This document shows, piece by piece, positions 1 to 10,472 of a DNA stretch of 64,000 nt; the stretch's first letter is position 1; the number at the start of each line of letters is the position of its first letter. The notes beneath the pieces are model-generated. The model did no database searches, was not told the DNA's origin, and saw only the letters and a program-made list of their open reading frames with translations. The DNA lies in NCBI GenBank assembly GCA_028285585.1, contig JANQOU010000008.1, positions 200,760 to 264,759 on the forward strand. Direction: 5' to 3'. The position numbers and the translations under genes were made by a program. The DNA is from Acidimicrobiia bacterium (GTDB lineage Bacteria; Actinomycetota; Acidimicrobiia; Spongiisociales; ZC4RG35).

Positions 1-493
1 AATCACCCTGGTCGATAGCGGCCTTGGCCCTGGCGAGATCATGTGCGGCGAGATGATCGATGAAGAGGATTCCGTTCAGGTGATCAATCTCGTGAAGGAA
101 CGTGCGTGCCAGCCTGCCGCTGACCATGAGCTCCTCCTGTGTCCCGCGATTGTCTTGAAACCGAACTCTAACCTCCCTGGCACGAGCCAACTCGAACCGG
201 AACGATCGGGGGAAAGACATGCACCCCTCATCGTCGAAGACGATGTCATCGGATGTTTCGAGAACATCCGGGTTCACGCAGTGTCCTGAGGAGTTGTCCG
301 ACCGCCAAACGAAGACTCGACGCAGAAGCCCCACCTGATTGCCTGCTAAACCTCCACCCCCGGCAGTGGCCAAAGTCAGGTGCATCCGACGGAGAATCTC
401 GGAGAGTTCGTCACCAAACTCCGTGACAGGTCGCGCCACCTCGCGAAGGATTGGATCCCCGAACGTGCTGATTGGCAGTAGATCGGAAGTCAT
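1..493 (-). CDS. def: Peptide deformylase; the 3' end runs off the window start
   Basis: Minus-strand translation gives ...GLAGNQVG...EGCMSF...ARTFLHEIDHLNGILFIDHL, the three canonical PDF motifs. The ATG at 493 forms an ATGA overlap with the stop of the upstream oppF-like gene. Confidence 0.85.
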   Translation of the reverse strand, partial: MTSDLLPISTFGDPILREVARPVTEFGDELSEILRRMHLTLATAGGGGLAGNQVGLLRRVFVWRSDNSSGHCVNPDVLETSDDIVFDDEGCMSFPRSFRFELARAREVRVRFQDNRGTQEELMVSGRLARTFLHEIDHLNGILFIDHLAAHDLARAKAAIDQGD

Positions 494-1497
494 CGGTGTT
501 TCTCCATCATCTCCTCAGCGAAGTGACAAGCGACAAGATGATCTCCTTCGACCAATCGCAGCTCCGGTTCGTCAGTTGCGCATTCCGGGCGAGCCATTGG
601 GCACCTCGTCCTGAACCGACATCCCGAAGGCGGTGATGCCGCGCTGGGCAGCTCCCCCTTCAGAATGATTCGCTGTGACCCGGCTTCCGGGTCGCGCGAA
701 GGCACCGCCGACATGAGCGCCTCGGTGTAAGGATGGGCAGGGGAGGCGAAGAGGTCGAACACCGAAGCAAGTTCGACGATCCGCCCCAGATACATAACCG
801 CCACGCGATCGGCTAGGTAGCGGACCACTCCCAGGTCATGGGAGATGAAGAAGTAGGTGAGACTGAGCTCGTCTCGAAGCTCGACCAGGAGATTGAGGAT
901 CTGCGCCTGAATAGAGACATCGAGCGCCGATACCGGTTCGTCCAGAAGGAGGAAGGTCGGCTCGGTTGACAGGGCGCGGGCAAGACCAATGCGCTGCCGC
1001 TGGCCGCCCGAAAACTCATGGGCGTGGCGATCGGCAACAGCCGGTGGCAGGCCAACGAGCTCGAGTAGCCGATCAACTCGTCCGATACGGTCATCGATGT
1101 CATGAACCACCAGTGGCTCCTCGACTATCTGACGCACCGTCATGCGCGGGTTCAATGAGGAGTGAGGGTTCTGGAACACAACTTGCATGTCTCGTCGATG
1201 AGGGCGCAATTGCCGTCTACCGAGGTTGGTGAGATCGGACCCCATGAATTGGACCGTGCCGGATGTCGGCTCTTCGAGACGTACGACGAGCCTACCGAGG
1301 GTGCTCTTGCCGCAACCCGATTCACCGACAAGTGCGAAGGTCTCCGCGGTCTCCACCTGCAAGGACACTCCGTCAACAGCCCGCACCGCCTGGGAGTTTC
1401 TCCGGCCGCCACCTGAGCTCGGGTAGTGCTTGACAAGATCCTCGACCCGCAGGAGTGGCTCCTCATAGTCACGACGACTCACGGCCCTACCCACCAT
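490..1497 (-). CDS. Oligopeptide/dipeptide ABC transporter ATP-binding protein (OppF/DppF-like)
   Basis: Walker A GESGCGKST, signature FSGGQRQR, Walker B LLLDEP, and a C-terminal Opp-type extension. Start chosen at MVGRAV (1497), which abuts the upstream oppD-like stop. Confidence 0.85.
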   Translation of the reverse strand: MVGRAVSRRDYEEPLLRVEDLVKHYPSSGGGRRNSQAVRAVDGVSLQVETAETFALVGESGCGKSTLGRLVVRLEEPTSGTVQFMGSDLTNLGRRQLRPHRRDMQVVFQNPHSSLNPRMTVRQIVEEPLVVHDIDDRIGRVDRLLELVGLPPAVADRHAHEFSGGQRQRIGLARALSTEPTFLLLDEPVSALDVSIQAQILNLLVELRDELSLTYFFISHDLGVVRYLADRVAVMYLGRIVELASVFDLFASPAHPYTEALMSAVPSRDPEAGSQRIILKGELPSAASPPSGCRFRTRCPMARPECATDEPELRLVEGDHLVACHFAEEMMEKHR

Positions 1498-2482
1498 TGG
1501 GAGCCTTACTAGCGAAAGGCCGCACCCAGCATGCGACTTTGTGACCGTCGCCAACTCGCTCGAGTGGGGGGTGAACCGATGGGCACTTCTCAACACCGTA
1601 AGAGCACCGTGGCGAGAAAGGACAGCCGTCCAAGGCTGCACCATGAATCGGTGGTGTCCCCGGGATTGAGACCAGCTGCTGATCTCGTCGGGTATCTGTA
1701 TCAACAATGCTGGCCAGGAGGCCTGCCGTGTAGGGGTGCTCAGCGTGCCGGAACAGCGTGGCCGTGGGTGCTTCTTCCATGACTCTGCCTCCGTACATCA
1801 CAAGTGTTCGGTCTGCGAAATCTGACAACAGAGATAGGTCGTGAGTTATCCAGATGACCGACATGTCCCGGTCCGCGGTTATTGACCTGACCATGTCGAC
1901 GATCTGTGCCTGAACCGTGACATCCAATGCGGTTGTTGGCTCGTCTGCGATGAGCAACTTGGGCGAACACGCCAACGCGCTGGCGATCATCACCCTTTGC
2001 CTCATGCCGCCGGATAACTCGTGTGGATAGGCCTTCATCCGTTCGGCGGGAGAGGGGATGCCAACTTGCTCCAAGAGATCCACGGCTCGCCGGTGAGCTT
2101 CGGTTCGGTCCAGGTCGAGGTGATACCGCATTCCCTCCATGAGTTGGACTCCGACACGCCGAACCGAGTTGAGAGCAGTCATCGGGTCTTGAAAGACGAC
2201 CCCGATCTCGCGACCTCTGAGCTGCCGTCGCTCCAGCGATGACATCTTCCGGACGTCGCGCTCATCAAAGAGAATCCGTCCTCCGATGATTTCGGCCGGC
2301 GGGGTCGGGAGCAGGTCAGGAATGGACATCGCGGTCACGCTCTTGCCCGAAGCAGATTCCCCGACAATTCCAAGCACTTCACCGTGACCAACCTCGAATG
2401 AGACGCCTTTTACAGCGTCGTTCACGCCTTGGTGTGTGGTGAAGCGAACCGAAAGGTCTTCTACCTGGAGAAGTGGAGTCAA
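1487..2482 (-). CDS. Oligopeptide/dipeptide ABC transporter ATP-binding protein (OppD/DppD-like)
   Basis: GESASGKS Walker A, LSGGMRQR signature, [10 protein letters not shown] Walker B, C-terminal oligopeptide-type domain. Confidence 0.85.
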   Translation of the reverse strand: MTPLLQVEDLSVRFTTHQGVNDAVKGVSFEVGHGEVLGIVGESASGKSVTAMSIPDLLPTPPAEIIGGRILFDERDVRKMSSLERRQLRGREIGVVFQDPMTALNSVRRVGVQLMEGMRYHLDLDRTEAHRRAVDLLEQVGIPSPAERMKAYPHELSGGMRQRVMIASALACSPKLLIADEPTTALDVTVQAQIVDMVRSITADRDMSVIWITHDLSLLSDFADRTLVMYGGRVMEEAPTATLFRHAEHPYTAGLLASIVDTDTRRDQQLVSIPGTPPIHGAALDGCPFSPRCSYGVEKCPSVHPPLERVGDGHKVACWVRPFASKAPNGG

Positions 2483-3360
2483 GACGCTGCTACCAGATCA
2501 ATCCTTATACGCCCGTCCCTCGTGACCTCCGGCGCCACCAGAACCGACCTTGTGGGCAGCACTTCGGCATGGAACAGATCCTTGGTTACATCGTTGAATT
2601 GGGCATATGTGTCGAATTCATCGATGAACACTGTCATCTTCAGAATGTCGTCAAGCGATAAACCATGAGCCTCCAAGCGGCGCGAAGCGGACTCAAAAAC
2701 CGCAACGCTCGCTTCGCCCAGATTCTCTCCATGCCCGTATAGGCCATTCAGCGCCAGGAATGGGTCCCTCAGGATCTCCGAACTCTGATCCCCTTGTCCG
2801 CTTAGTTCCTTCAGCACAGCTTCGGCGTTCTCTTCTTGATCGGAGGCAACGGCCACCCAATCCATCTCGATTAGCCCGTGGAGTGCAACCGTCTCGACTT
2901 CTTCGTAGACGAACAGTCCGACCTCATGACCGAGGAATTCGCGAGTCTGTTCGGCAACGCTGGCCCTCGAATCGGGCTGCGCAACGAAGGCGGCAACCTC
3001 TACAACGGTCAGTGGAGCGCTCAAGGAGTCGGTGATGGCTTGAAGATGGTTCAGGCAGTGTCCGACCTGTTGTTCGAGCGATCCCTGTATCCCCGTCTCG
3101 ACATCGTCATCGCGATTCAAGGGAGCACCGACCTGCCCTCCAGTGAATAGGTAGGGCCCGAAAGCCACTGCCTGAGATCGGTGACCGAAGCTCGGTGGAG
3201 CATTGTCAGTCTCTATGCGACGCGCGACGTGAGTCACGATGCATTCCTTCCGTAGGACCAATCGCTCGCTTGGATCGGCCGTGTCTCGTGCCTCCGAGTG
3301 GGTCGGATCTGAGTCATGCCGCTCCACTCTGAAGGCGCTCGTCTCCACGGACCACCGCAC
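2479..3360 (-). CDS. Tandem-domain RidA/YjgF-family protein (two L-PSP-like domains); start uncertain
   Basis: Two consecutive RidA-like cores: AVAFGPYLFTGGQVG...VETVALHGLIEMDWVA and ...PTRSVLVAPEVTRDGRIRIDLVA. The N-terminal ~55 aa overlap the upstream amidohydrolase end, so the true start may be internal. Confidence 0.65.
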   Translation of the reverse strand: MRWSVETSAFRVERHDSDPTHSEARDTADPSERLVLRKECIVTHVARRIETDNAPPSFGHRSQAVAFGPYLFTGGQVGAPLNRDDDVETGIQGSLEQQVGHCLNHLQAITDSLSAPLTVVEVAAFVAQPDSRASVAEQTREFLGHEVGLFVYEEVETVALHGLIEMDWVAVASDQEENAEAVLKELSGQGDQSSEILRDPFLALNGLYGHGENLGEASVAVFESASRRLEAHGLSLDDILKMTVFIDEFDTYAQFNDVTKDLFHAEVLPTRSVLVAPEVTRDGRIRIDLVAAS

Positions 3361-4546
3361 CTTCCTTGATCACGACGTCGACGTTTGCGAGATCACTTAT
3401 TCTCTCGGCCGGATTGCCGTCCACTGCGATCAGGTCGGCGACTTTTCCAACCTCGATTCTGCCGAGGGAGTCCTCTTGATGAAGTGCCTCAGCCGACGCG
3501 GAGGTCGCAGCACGAAGCGCATCGATTGGATCCATCCCTATCTCAGTGAACAAGACACACTCCTGAGCAATGGATGCCCGAGGATTGTCGGCATCGGTAC
3601 CCGCCGCCATCCGAACACCAGCCTGCCAGGCTCGAGAAAGTCCTTCTTGGGCAAGGGCGGCCATCTCCTTGGCTTTCTCAGCTATGTGCTTACCAAAGCC
3701 CATCTCCAGGCCATAGTTGGCGAGGCTCCAAGCGATCGCTTGCGTGGGGACGATGGGGGTGTCGTGCTCCAGGAGGAGTTCGATTGCCTCGTCATCAAGT
3801 ATGTCGGCATGATCCACCCAGTCAACGCCTGCCCGAACGGCATTCTTGATCGACGCACTACTCACAGCGTGCGCTGAAGCCAGACGACCGGCCTTGTGGC
3901 CTTCCTCCACAATCGCGCGCATCTCTGGCTCAGACAGCTGCGGCCACCCGGGTGGTCCGATCAGTCGCCCTCCGCCCCCGCCAATACTGGAAGCTCCGTA
4001 GATCTTGAGGACGTCGACGCCGCGCTTCAGCTGAAGCCGAGCCGTCTTTCTCGCCTCTACTTCGCCAGTTACCTCCTCGACGTGATCCTCATTGCCAAGT
4101 CGGATCCCACCGTGTTGAGCAATGAGGGGCCCGCTGGCGAAGACGCGTGGTCCCTCGGTCCACCCGTCAGCAACTGCTTCACGCATAGCCACAGCCAGGT
4201 AGTCGGGTGCACCCGCGTCACGGACCGTCGTCACACCGCTGCTCAGCCAAGTCTCGGCTCCCCATGCGGCCTGAAAGATCTTCGCAGCGATCAACGGAGG
4301 CAGGTCCAAACTGACATCCCTCTCGCCGCCGCTGATTGGTTCCTTCAATAGAAGAAAATGATGGAAGTGGAGATCGAAAAGACCAGGCAGCAGCGTCCCA
4401 TCCACGTCCAGGACCTGGGCTGCTTGAGGTGCTTCCGACGCGGGCCCGACCCACGAGATCCGACCGTCGTCGACACCGACGCTCGTCGGTCCCAGTAGGT
4501 CAACGCCGTCAAACACTTCGCCTGCATTGATCATTAGTTCTGGCAC
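3314..4546 (-). CDS. Metal-dependent amidohydrolase-family protein
   Basis: N-terminal DLHFHH metal-binding motif and a C-terminal GTDA/HxD-type amidohydrolase fold signature. Start proposed at the GTG at 4546, which sits 6 nt after a GAGGAGG ribosome-binding site on the minus strand. The TTG at 4561 and the ATG at 4534 are alternatives. Confidence 0.75.
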   Translation of the reverse strand: MPELMINAGEVFDGVDLLGPTSVGVDDGRISWVGPASEAPQAAQVLDVDGTLLPGLFDLHFHHFLLLKEPISGGERDVSLDLPPLIAAKIFQAAWGAETWLSSGVTTVRDAGAPDYLAVAMREAVADGWTEGPRVFASGPLIAQHGGIRLGNEDHVEEVTGEVEARKTARLQLKRGVDVLKIYGASSIGGGGGRLIGPPGWPQLSEPEMRAIVEEGHKAGRLASAHAVSSASIKNAVRAGVDWVDHADILDDEAIELLLEHDTPIVPTQAIAWSLANYGLEMGFGKHIAEKAKEMAALAQEGLSRAWQAGVRMAAGTDADNPRASIAQECVLFTEIGMDPIDALRAATSASAEALHQEDSLGRIEVGKVADLIAVDGNPAERISDLANVDVVIKEGAVVRGDERLQSGAA

Positions 4547-4567
4547 TGATTGCCTCCTCAAGGCTCC

Positions 4568-5551
4568 TTAGCTGGAGTCATATACGTAGGGGTCCATTGC
4601 ATCTCTCAGCCCATCGCCGAGAAAATTGAAAGCCAATAGCGTCGCACCCAACGCCACGCCTGGGGCAATGAGCAGGTAGGGATCGGAGCGGATATACGCC
4701 ACACCCTCCGCAATCATGATCCCCCAGCTCGGCGTGGGTGGTTGAGCACCTAGCCCGAGAAAGCTGAGTCCGGCCTCCATCATGATCGCTGCCGGGATGC
4801 CGAACGTTGTTGCGACAATTACGGGAGCGAAGGCGTTGGGCAAAATGTGTCGCCGCATGATCCGCAAGTGACTAGCGCCGGTCGCATTGGCTGCCAGAAC
4901 GAACTCCTCTTCCTTCAACGAGAGGACTTGTCCGCGCACCAGGCGGGCGACCGTCAGCCAGAGAATCAGAGCCATGGCCAGCAGGACTCCTGTCAGACCT
5001 CCGGTCAGGTCGTCAATAGAGGCGACCACCCCAAGGAATCCCGAGTCGGCGTCATCGAGCGTCGGGCGCAGGTAGGTCATTGCCACTATCACGAACAGAA
5101 GTGGAGGGAATGCATACAGAACGTCGATTCCGCGCTGAACAAACAGATCGAAACGCCCTCCGAAATAGGCTGAGATCAGCCCTATTGGCACGCCTATCAG
5201 CAGAATGACGATCTGACCAACCACCGCGAGCGAAAGGGAGATTCGGGCCCCATAGAGAATCCGGGTCAGCACATCGCGGCCCAATGCGTCAGTTCCCAGC
5301 CAATGTGACGACGACGGTGATTGTGCAATCGCCCCGAAGTCAGTCCCGTCGTAAGTAAAAGGCGTCAACAGGGGTGCCGCGATGGCGGCGAACGCGAGCA
5401 CCGCCAAAAAGCCAAGGCTCAACATTGCCGAACGATTCCGACGGAGCCGCTGCCACGCTGCACGCGCCGGGCCTTGACCATCATGGAAGGCAACCGCCTC
5501 CATCGGGCTCGACTGCTCTGCGGGTAGCCCGCTCTCAATCACGTCACTCAT
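4568..5551 (-). CDS. ABC transporter permease (OppC/DppC-like)
   Basis: Multiple TM helices, an N-terminal cytoplasmic extension, and a binding-protein-dependent transport signature region (…AYIRSDPYLLIAPG…). Confidence 0.8.
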   Translation of the reverse strand: MSDVIESGLPAEQSSPMEAVAFHDGQGPARAAWQRLRRNRSAMLSLGFLAVLAFAAIAAPLLTPFTYDGTDFGAIAQSPSSSHWLGTDALGRDVLTRILYGARISLSLAVVGQIVILLIGVPIGLISAYFGGRFDLFVQRGIDVLYAFPPLLFVIVAMTYLRPTLDDADSGFLGVVASIDDLTGGLTGVLLAMALILWLTVARLVRGQVLSLKEEEFVLAANATGASHLRIMRRHILPNAFAPVIVATTFGIPAAIMMEAGLSFLGLGAQPPTPSWGIMIAEGVAYIRSDPYLLIAPGVALGATLLAFNFLGDGLRDAMDPYVYDSS

Positions 5552-6479
5552 AGGAGACTCGGGGGTCGAGCAGGGTGTAAATCAGATCAACCACGAGGTT
5601 CATCGTCATAACGATGACGGCGAACACGAGAGTGGTCCCAAGGATGACGGGATAGTCTCGGGCGAAAATGCTGTCGACGAAGTACCTGCCGATTCCGGGT
5701 TGGCTGGTGATGACCTCGACGAAGAACGATCCTGTGACGACTTCCGCGAACGCGACACCTGCGACCGTCGCCACCGGGATAAGCGCGTTCGGCAAGGCGT
5801 GACGTATGAGAATTGTCGACTCCGGCAACCCCTTCGATCTAGCCACACGAATGAAGTCGGCTCCCCACACTTCGAGCATGCTCGATCGCGTGTAGCGCGC
5901 CAAAAGGGCCATCGGATGGAGCGCGAGAGCGAAAGCAGGTATGAGGATGTTTATGGAAAACAGTCCATCCCATCCACCGGTCGGCAGCCATCCCAGACCA
6001 ACGGCGAACAAAATCACAAGGAGACTTGCTACGACATAATTCGGAGTCGACACCCCAATAATGGAGAAGAGCGAAGCCATACGATCGGTGAACGTGTTCC
6101 TCTTCAGCGCGCTGACCACGCCCAGAGTGATCCCAAAGACAGTTGCGATCAATATCGCAACCAAACCCAGTTGGAGTGAGACTGGAAGAGTGCGAGCCAC
6201 GATCTCGGTGACACCTTCACCGCTACGACTGAAGGAGACGCCAAGCGAACCTTCAGTGAAGATGTTCTTGAGGTAGGTCCAGTACTGCTGCCATATCGGC
6301 TCGTTCAGCCCATAAACCTCGTTGAGGCGCTCGATGACAGACTCCGGCAGAGGACGGGTCGATGCACCGTCCCACGGGCCTCCGGGTGTGGCGTGCATCA
6401 AGAAGAAGGTCAGAGAGAACACCACCAAGAGACTGGGCACCACCAGGGCCAACCTCGTCAGCAGGTATCGGGATCTCAC
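5544..6479 (-). CDS. ABC transporter permease (OppB/DppB-like)
   Basis: Hydrophobic 311-aa protein with a typical DppB-type N terminus (MRSRYLLTRLALVVPSLLVV) and an EAA-like loop. Confidence 0.8.
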   Translation of the reverse strand: MRSRYLLTRLALVVPSLLVVFSLTFFLMHATPGGPWDGASTRPLPESVIERLNEVYGLNEPIWQQYWTYLKNIFTEGSLGVSFSRSGEGVTEIVARTLPVSLQLGLVAILIATVFGITLGVVSALKRNTFTDRMASLFSIIGVSTPNYVVASLLVILFAVGLGWLPTGGWDGLFSINILIPAFALALHPMALLARYTRSSMLEVWGADFIRVARSKGLPESTILIRHALPNALIPVATVAGVAFAEVVTGSFFVEVITSQPGIGRYFVDSIFARDYPVILGTTLVFAVIVMTMNLVVDLIYTLLDPRVSYE

Positions 6480-6525
6480 CCAACAGTCCCGGAGATCCCG
6501 ATTACCTGCATCAATCGATAGAGCG

Positions 6526-8253
6526 TTAGCGGTTTACTTGCAGCCCAGGCGGCTGCGCAACACGAATCATCTCGGAAGCCTCAGTCGTGACTTCTGTGAA
6601 GTTCGACAAGACATCGGAAACGACCCAGGGCCTGGCTTCGTAGACCGTCGTGACGATTGGAAGATCACGATTGATGAGAGCCTCCGCTTCTTTCCAAAGC
6701 CGATCGTACGCGGTCTGATCTGGAGCAGACAGTGCTGCGTCAAGGGCGGTGACATAGCCAGGATTGTCATATCCGGAATGCCGCACGTTTCCTCGAGGAT
6801 CAAGCTGGCTCACGTGGAAAAAGCGGGGATCCTCGAGTTCAGCCCATTGCAGGGCCAGATAGACATCGAAGTCCTCTTCAGCTCGCGTGTTGCGCCATTC
6901 CGTCATGGCTGCCGGCTCCAAGATCTCAATCGAGACCTCGATCCCCAGATTCTCAGACCACATGGCGGCCAATGCCTGTGCGATCAGAGTCTCCCGTGCG
7001 AGCGTCCAAGAGGCGAGCTCCAGAGTCGGGAAGCCCACTCCATCCGCATACCCGGCCTGTGCCAGGAGGTCCTGTGCTGCCTCGACATCGAACTCGGGGA
7101 ACGTGTCGGGATCGTGACTCGACATCTGTGGCGGGCTGAAACTAGTCGCTTGCGCGTAGGCGCCCCGTAGGACGTCATTTGCCAGCGCGTCGAAGTCGAC
7201 GGCCCTCACCAAGGCTTCACGGACGAGGGGATCGTCCGTCGGTGCCGATTGGGTATCGAAGACCATTATCGAACCCCCGGCCAGCGGGATACGCACGACA
7301 TTGTCAGCCATCTCCGCATCGCTCTCCACTCGCTCGAGGTCGGCAGCGGGGATCAACGCAGCGTCAACCTCACCTGCTTCGTAGGGAGTCAGTGCTTCGT
7401 TCCAAGGATCCTGGAATGTCCGATAGATGATCCGGTCGATGTGTCTCGAGTCGGCCCATGGACCCGTGTACTCGGGATTCTTCACGAACTCGATCCGCTG
7501 ATCCCGAACCCACTCATCCAGCTTGTAGGGACCGTTGCCGACAAACGTCTCGGGATCGGTCCACGAGTCCCCATGCTCTTCGATCACGTCCTGGCGGACG
7601 GGGAAGTAGGCGTTCGTGCCGGTGACCCTCAGCCAATACGCTGCTGGCTGCGTGAGCGTCACTTCGAGTGTCAGTTCATCCAAGACTGCTATCCCAACTT
7701 CGGCCGGATCGGTGACCTCACCGTTGAGATACGCCTCAGCGTTGACGATCTCAAAGAAGAGATCGGGGGTGTACCCACCCACACTGGGATCGATCTGACG
7801 AATCCACGCATACCGGAAGTCTTCAGCGGTCAGGGGCTCTCCATCGCTCCACTTGAGACCTTCACGAAGGTGGAACGTATAGACAGTGCCGTCATCAGAA
7901 ACGTCCCATGATTCCGCGGCCAGCGGCTTGATCTCGCCGTCTTTGGCGTAGCTGTCGACCAAAGGCTCGTAAAGATTCTGATACTCCTGGAACCCCGGAC
8001 CGCCAACGGCTGGATCAAGGGAGGCAGGCTCAAAGGCGGGGAGAATCACATAGGTCTCCTCCGAGTCTCCGCCGGACGAATCGCCGCCACCAGAACCTTC
8101 GCCGGTTTCACTTGATGTGGTGCTGGTTTCTCCACCTGATGGTTCATCTGCGGCGCCGGAACAGCCGGCCACCACCACCGCCATGATGAAAAGAGCGACG
8201 AGCAACCTCACTGGTTGCACCAATCGCTCAGAAGAAAGGATTGACATTCTCAT
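6526..8253 (-). CDS. ABC transporter substrate-binding lipoprotein, family 5 (peptide/nickel)
   Basis: Signal peptide with lipobox (…VVVAGCSG), an acidic Gly/Ser linker, and an SBP_bac_5-like body. First gene of the minus-strand operon. Confidence 0.8.
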   Translation of the reverse strand: MRMSILSSERLVQPVRLLVALFIMAVVVAGCSGAADEPSGGETSTTSSETGEGSGGGDSSGGDSEETYVILPAFEPASLDPAVGGPGFQEYQNLYEPLVDSYAKDGEIKPLAAESWDVSDDGTVYTFHLREGLKWSDGEPLTAEDFRYAWIRQIDPSVGGYTPDLFFEIVNAEAYLNGEVTDPAEVGIAVLDELTLEVTLTQPAAYWLRVTGTNAYFPVRQDVIEEHGDSWTDPETFVGNGPYKLDEWVRDQRIEFVKNPEYTGPWADSRHIDRIIYRTFQDPWNEALTPYEAGEVDAALIPAADLERVESDAEMADNVVRIPLAGGSIMVFDTQSAPTDDPLVREALVRAVDFDALANDVLRGAYAQATSFSPPQMSSHDPDTFPEFDVEAAQDLLAQAGYADGVGFPTLELASWTLARETLIAQALAAMWSENLGIEVSIEILEPAAMTEWRNTRAEEDFDVYLALQWAELEDPRFFHVSQLDPRGNVRHSGYDNPGYVTALDAALSAPDQTAYDRLWKEAEALINRDLPIVTTVYEARPWVVSDVLSNFTEVTTEASEMIRVAQPPGLQVNR

Positions 8254-8422
8254 CTCCACTCGCCGGGGACACCCGTCAACGCGATCACAACTACCCAAGC
8301 TCCCAGGGGCTCATTGCAATTTCGTAACGAACATAACAAAGCCACAATACAGATACCCTCCGAAGGGTGTCAAGAGTGGCGGTGGCCGAAAGGGCTGATG
8401 GGTGGATCAGGCTGGTGGCTAA

Positions 8423-8442
8423 GGGCTACAGAGGACTAGCCC
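8423..8442 (-). terminator. Weak stem-loop downstream of the AMP-ligase gene
   Basis: GGGCTA-N8-TAGCCC inverted repeat located 3' of the 8500 stop on the minus strand. There is no U-tract, which is usual in high-GC genomes. Confidence 0.3.
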
Positions 8443-8499
8443 AGCGGCAGGAACTGGCAGCAGCACGTTGAGGGAGCAAACGGTCGGCCCTGTGACTCC

Positions 8500-10128
8500 C
8501 TACCCGCACGAGCGCAGTTTGAAGCGCTGAATCTTGCCGGTCTCCGTTTTCGGTAGGGACTCAACGAAGGCGACGCGGCGCGGGTACTTGTAGGGAGCGA
8601 TGTCATTCTTGACGAACTCCTGGAGTTCAACGACAAGACCATCCGACGGTTCCATTGCCTCCTTGAGAACTACGAAGGCCTTCACCAGCTGACCGCGTCG
8701 CTCGTCGGCAACGCCCACGACCCCGCAATCGGCCACAGCGTGGTGTTTCAGAAGCGAAGCCTCCACCTCGGGACCAGCGATGTTGTAGCCGGATGAGATG
8801 ATCATGTCGTCGGCGCGAGCCTGGAACCAGAAGTAGCCGTCTTCGTCTTGAAAGAAGGCGTCGCCCGTGAGATTCCAGGCGTCCTGGACGTAGTCCGTTT
8901 GTCGATCATCGTCCAGGTACCGACAACCGGTGGGGCCACGAACTGCGAGTCTCCCGACCCGTCCGGGTGGGAGCTCCTCCATGCCCGGACCGACTACCTT
9001 TGCCCTAACGCCCGGCAAGGGCTTTCCGGTAGCACCGGGTCTGATGTCATCGCCAGACGACGCGATGAAGATATGGAGCATCTCGGTGGACCCCATACTG
9101 TCGATCAAGGAGATGCCGGTCGCATCCCTAAATGCGCTGAACGTCGGCTCAGGGAGCGTTTCGCCCGACGAGACCCCCAGTCGCAGGCTCGAAAGGTCGT
9201 AATCCTCGAGGACGTCCAACATCATCCGATACGCCGTTGGTGCTGTGAAGCAGATCGTCGCGTTGTGTCGCTCGATGGCTTCCAAAAGTGGACGACCCGG
9301 TCGTTCGGTCAAGACCGTCGAAGCTCCGACCCGCATCGGAAAGACGACCAGACCCCCCAGGCCGAACGTGAACGCGAGCGGAGGACTACCACAAAACACA
9401 TCGTCGCTTGTTGGCTGAAGAACCGGAAGAAAGATGTCGGCGACCGCAAGAACATCTCGATGGAAGTGCATTGCGGCCTTTGGAGACCCTGTCGTGCCGG
9501 AGGTAAAGGCCAGCAACACAACATCGTCGGCTGCGGTGTCAGCCGCCTCGAACTCCTCCGATTCCTTGCGAGCGAGAACGAGCAGATCGTCTGCGTGGTC
9601 CTCGCCCCAGGCGACCGCACGGATACTCGAATCGGCGGTGCGCACCGCTTCGGCAACTTCGCTGTCAGCAAGGGCAAGATCGATCTCAGCGCGCTGGATG
9701 ACCGTCTTGAGCTCACCCGGCCGCAACAAAGGCATGGTGGCGACCACAACACCGCCCGCCTTCACGATCCCAAACCAAGCGGCAACAGCGTGAGGGGTGT
9801 TGAGACAATGCAAAAGGACGCGGTTTCCTGCAACCAGGCCATACCCATCAACGAGAACATTGGCGATCTGATTCGAAAGGGCGTCGAGTTTGGCGTACGT
9901 GAATGTCACGTTCCCGTCGCCCGACTTCATGCATGGCCTCTCACCCCATCCGCGGGCGACGGCCTTTGTGAGAAGCTCGACGGCGCAGTTGAGCTGACCG
10001 GGGTACTGCCTTAGTGGCTCCAGGTCCCAATTCATCTCGGGCCACCGATCAACCGGCGGGAGATTGTCTTTCGTGAACGTGTCCGTGTGTGCCGTGGTCC
10101 CCTTAGGGCCAGAATCAACAACTGCCAT
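8500..10128 (-). CDS. AMP-dependent synthetase/ligase (benzoate/aryl-CoA ligase-like)
   Basis: AMP-binding motif FTSGTTGSPK, an adenylation core, and a C-terminal …PKTETGKIQRFKLR. The N terminus is of the …TFTKDNLPP… type. Start placed at MAVVD (10128). Confidence 0.8.
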   Translation of the reverse strand: MAVVDSGPKGTTAHTDTFTKDNLPPVDRWPEMNWDLEPLRQYPGQLNCAVELLTKAVARGWGERPCMKSGDGNVTFTYAKLDALSNQIANVLVDGYGLVAGNRVLLHCLNTPHAVAAWFGIVKAGGVVVATMPLLRPGELKTVIQRAEIDLALADSEVAEAVRTADSSIRAVAWGEDHADDLLVLARKESEEFEAADTAADDVVLLAFTSGTTGSPKAAMHFHRDVLAVADIFLPVLQPTSDDVFCGSPPLAFTFGLGGLVVFPMRVGASTVLTERPGRPLLEAIERHNATICFTAPTAYRMMLDVLEDYDLSSLRLGVSSGETLPEPTFSAFRDATGISLIDSMGSTEMLHIFIASSGDDIRPGATGKPLPGVRAKVVGPGMEELPPGRVGRLAVRGPTGCRYLDDDRQTDYVQDAWNLTGDAFFQDEDGYFWFQARADDMIISSGYNIAGPEVEASLLKHHAVADCGVVGVADERRGQLVKAFVVLKEAMEPSDGLVVELQEFVKNDIAPYKYPRRVAFVESLPKTETGKIQRFKLRSCG

Positions 10129-10472
10129 CAGGCGAAGTCTTCTTGGTCGCTGAGATGCCGATCTGATGTCTGGCTCCACGCATCGATCAAGGCTCGGAAT
10201 GTGGCACGTGCGGTGATCATCGATGACGCGATCTGGAAGCTCAAGCGTCAGCGTAGCCACGTGACCACAGCGAGTCGCCGGGCACCGGCCAGCACGAAGA
10301 GGACGTCTCCTGACTCAGCAAAAGGGGCCCAGCAATCGGCGCCAGGCCCAACAACGAGACACCAACATGAGACAAACCTACCGACCCAAGGGCGAATACT
10401 CCTTCCCTCCTATGCCCCAGGGTTCACCTCATGGCAGACGCTTTCAAGCATGAGTCCAGTGGCGTCAGACCG

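Noticed and set aside
8848-10014. 388-aa plus-strand ORF
   Set aside because: Antisense shadow of the AMP-dependent ligase gene, with no motifs.
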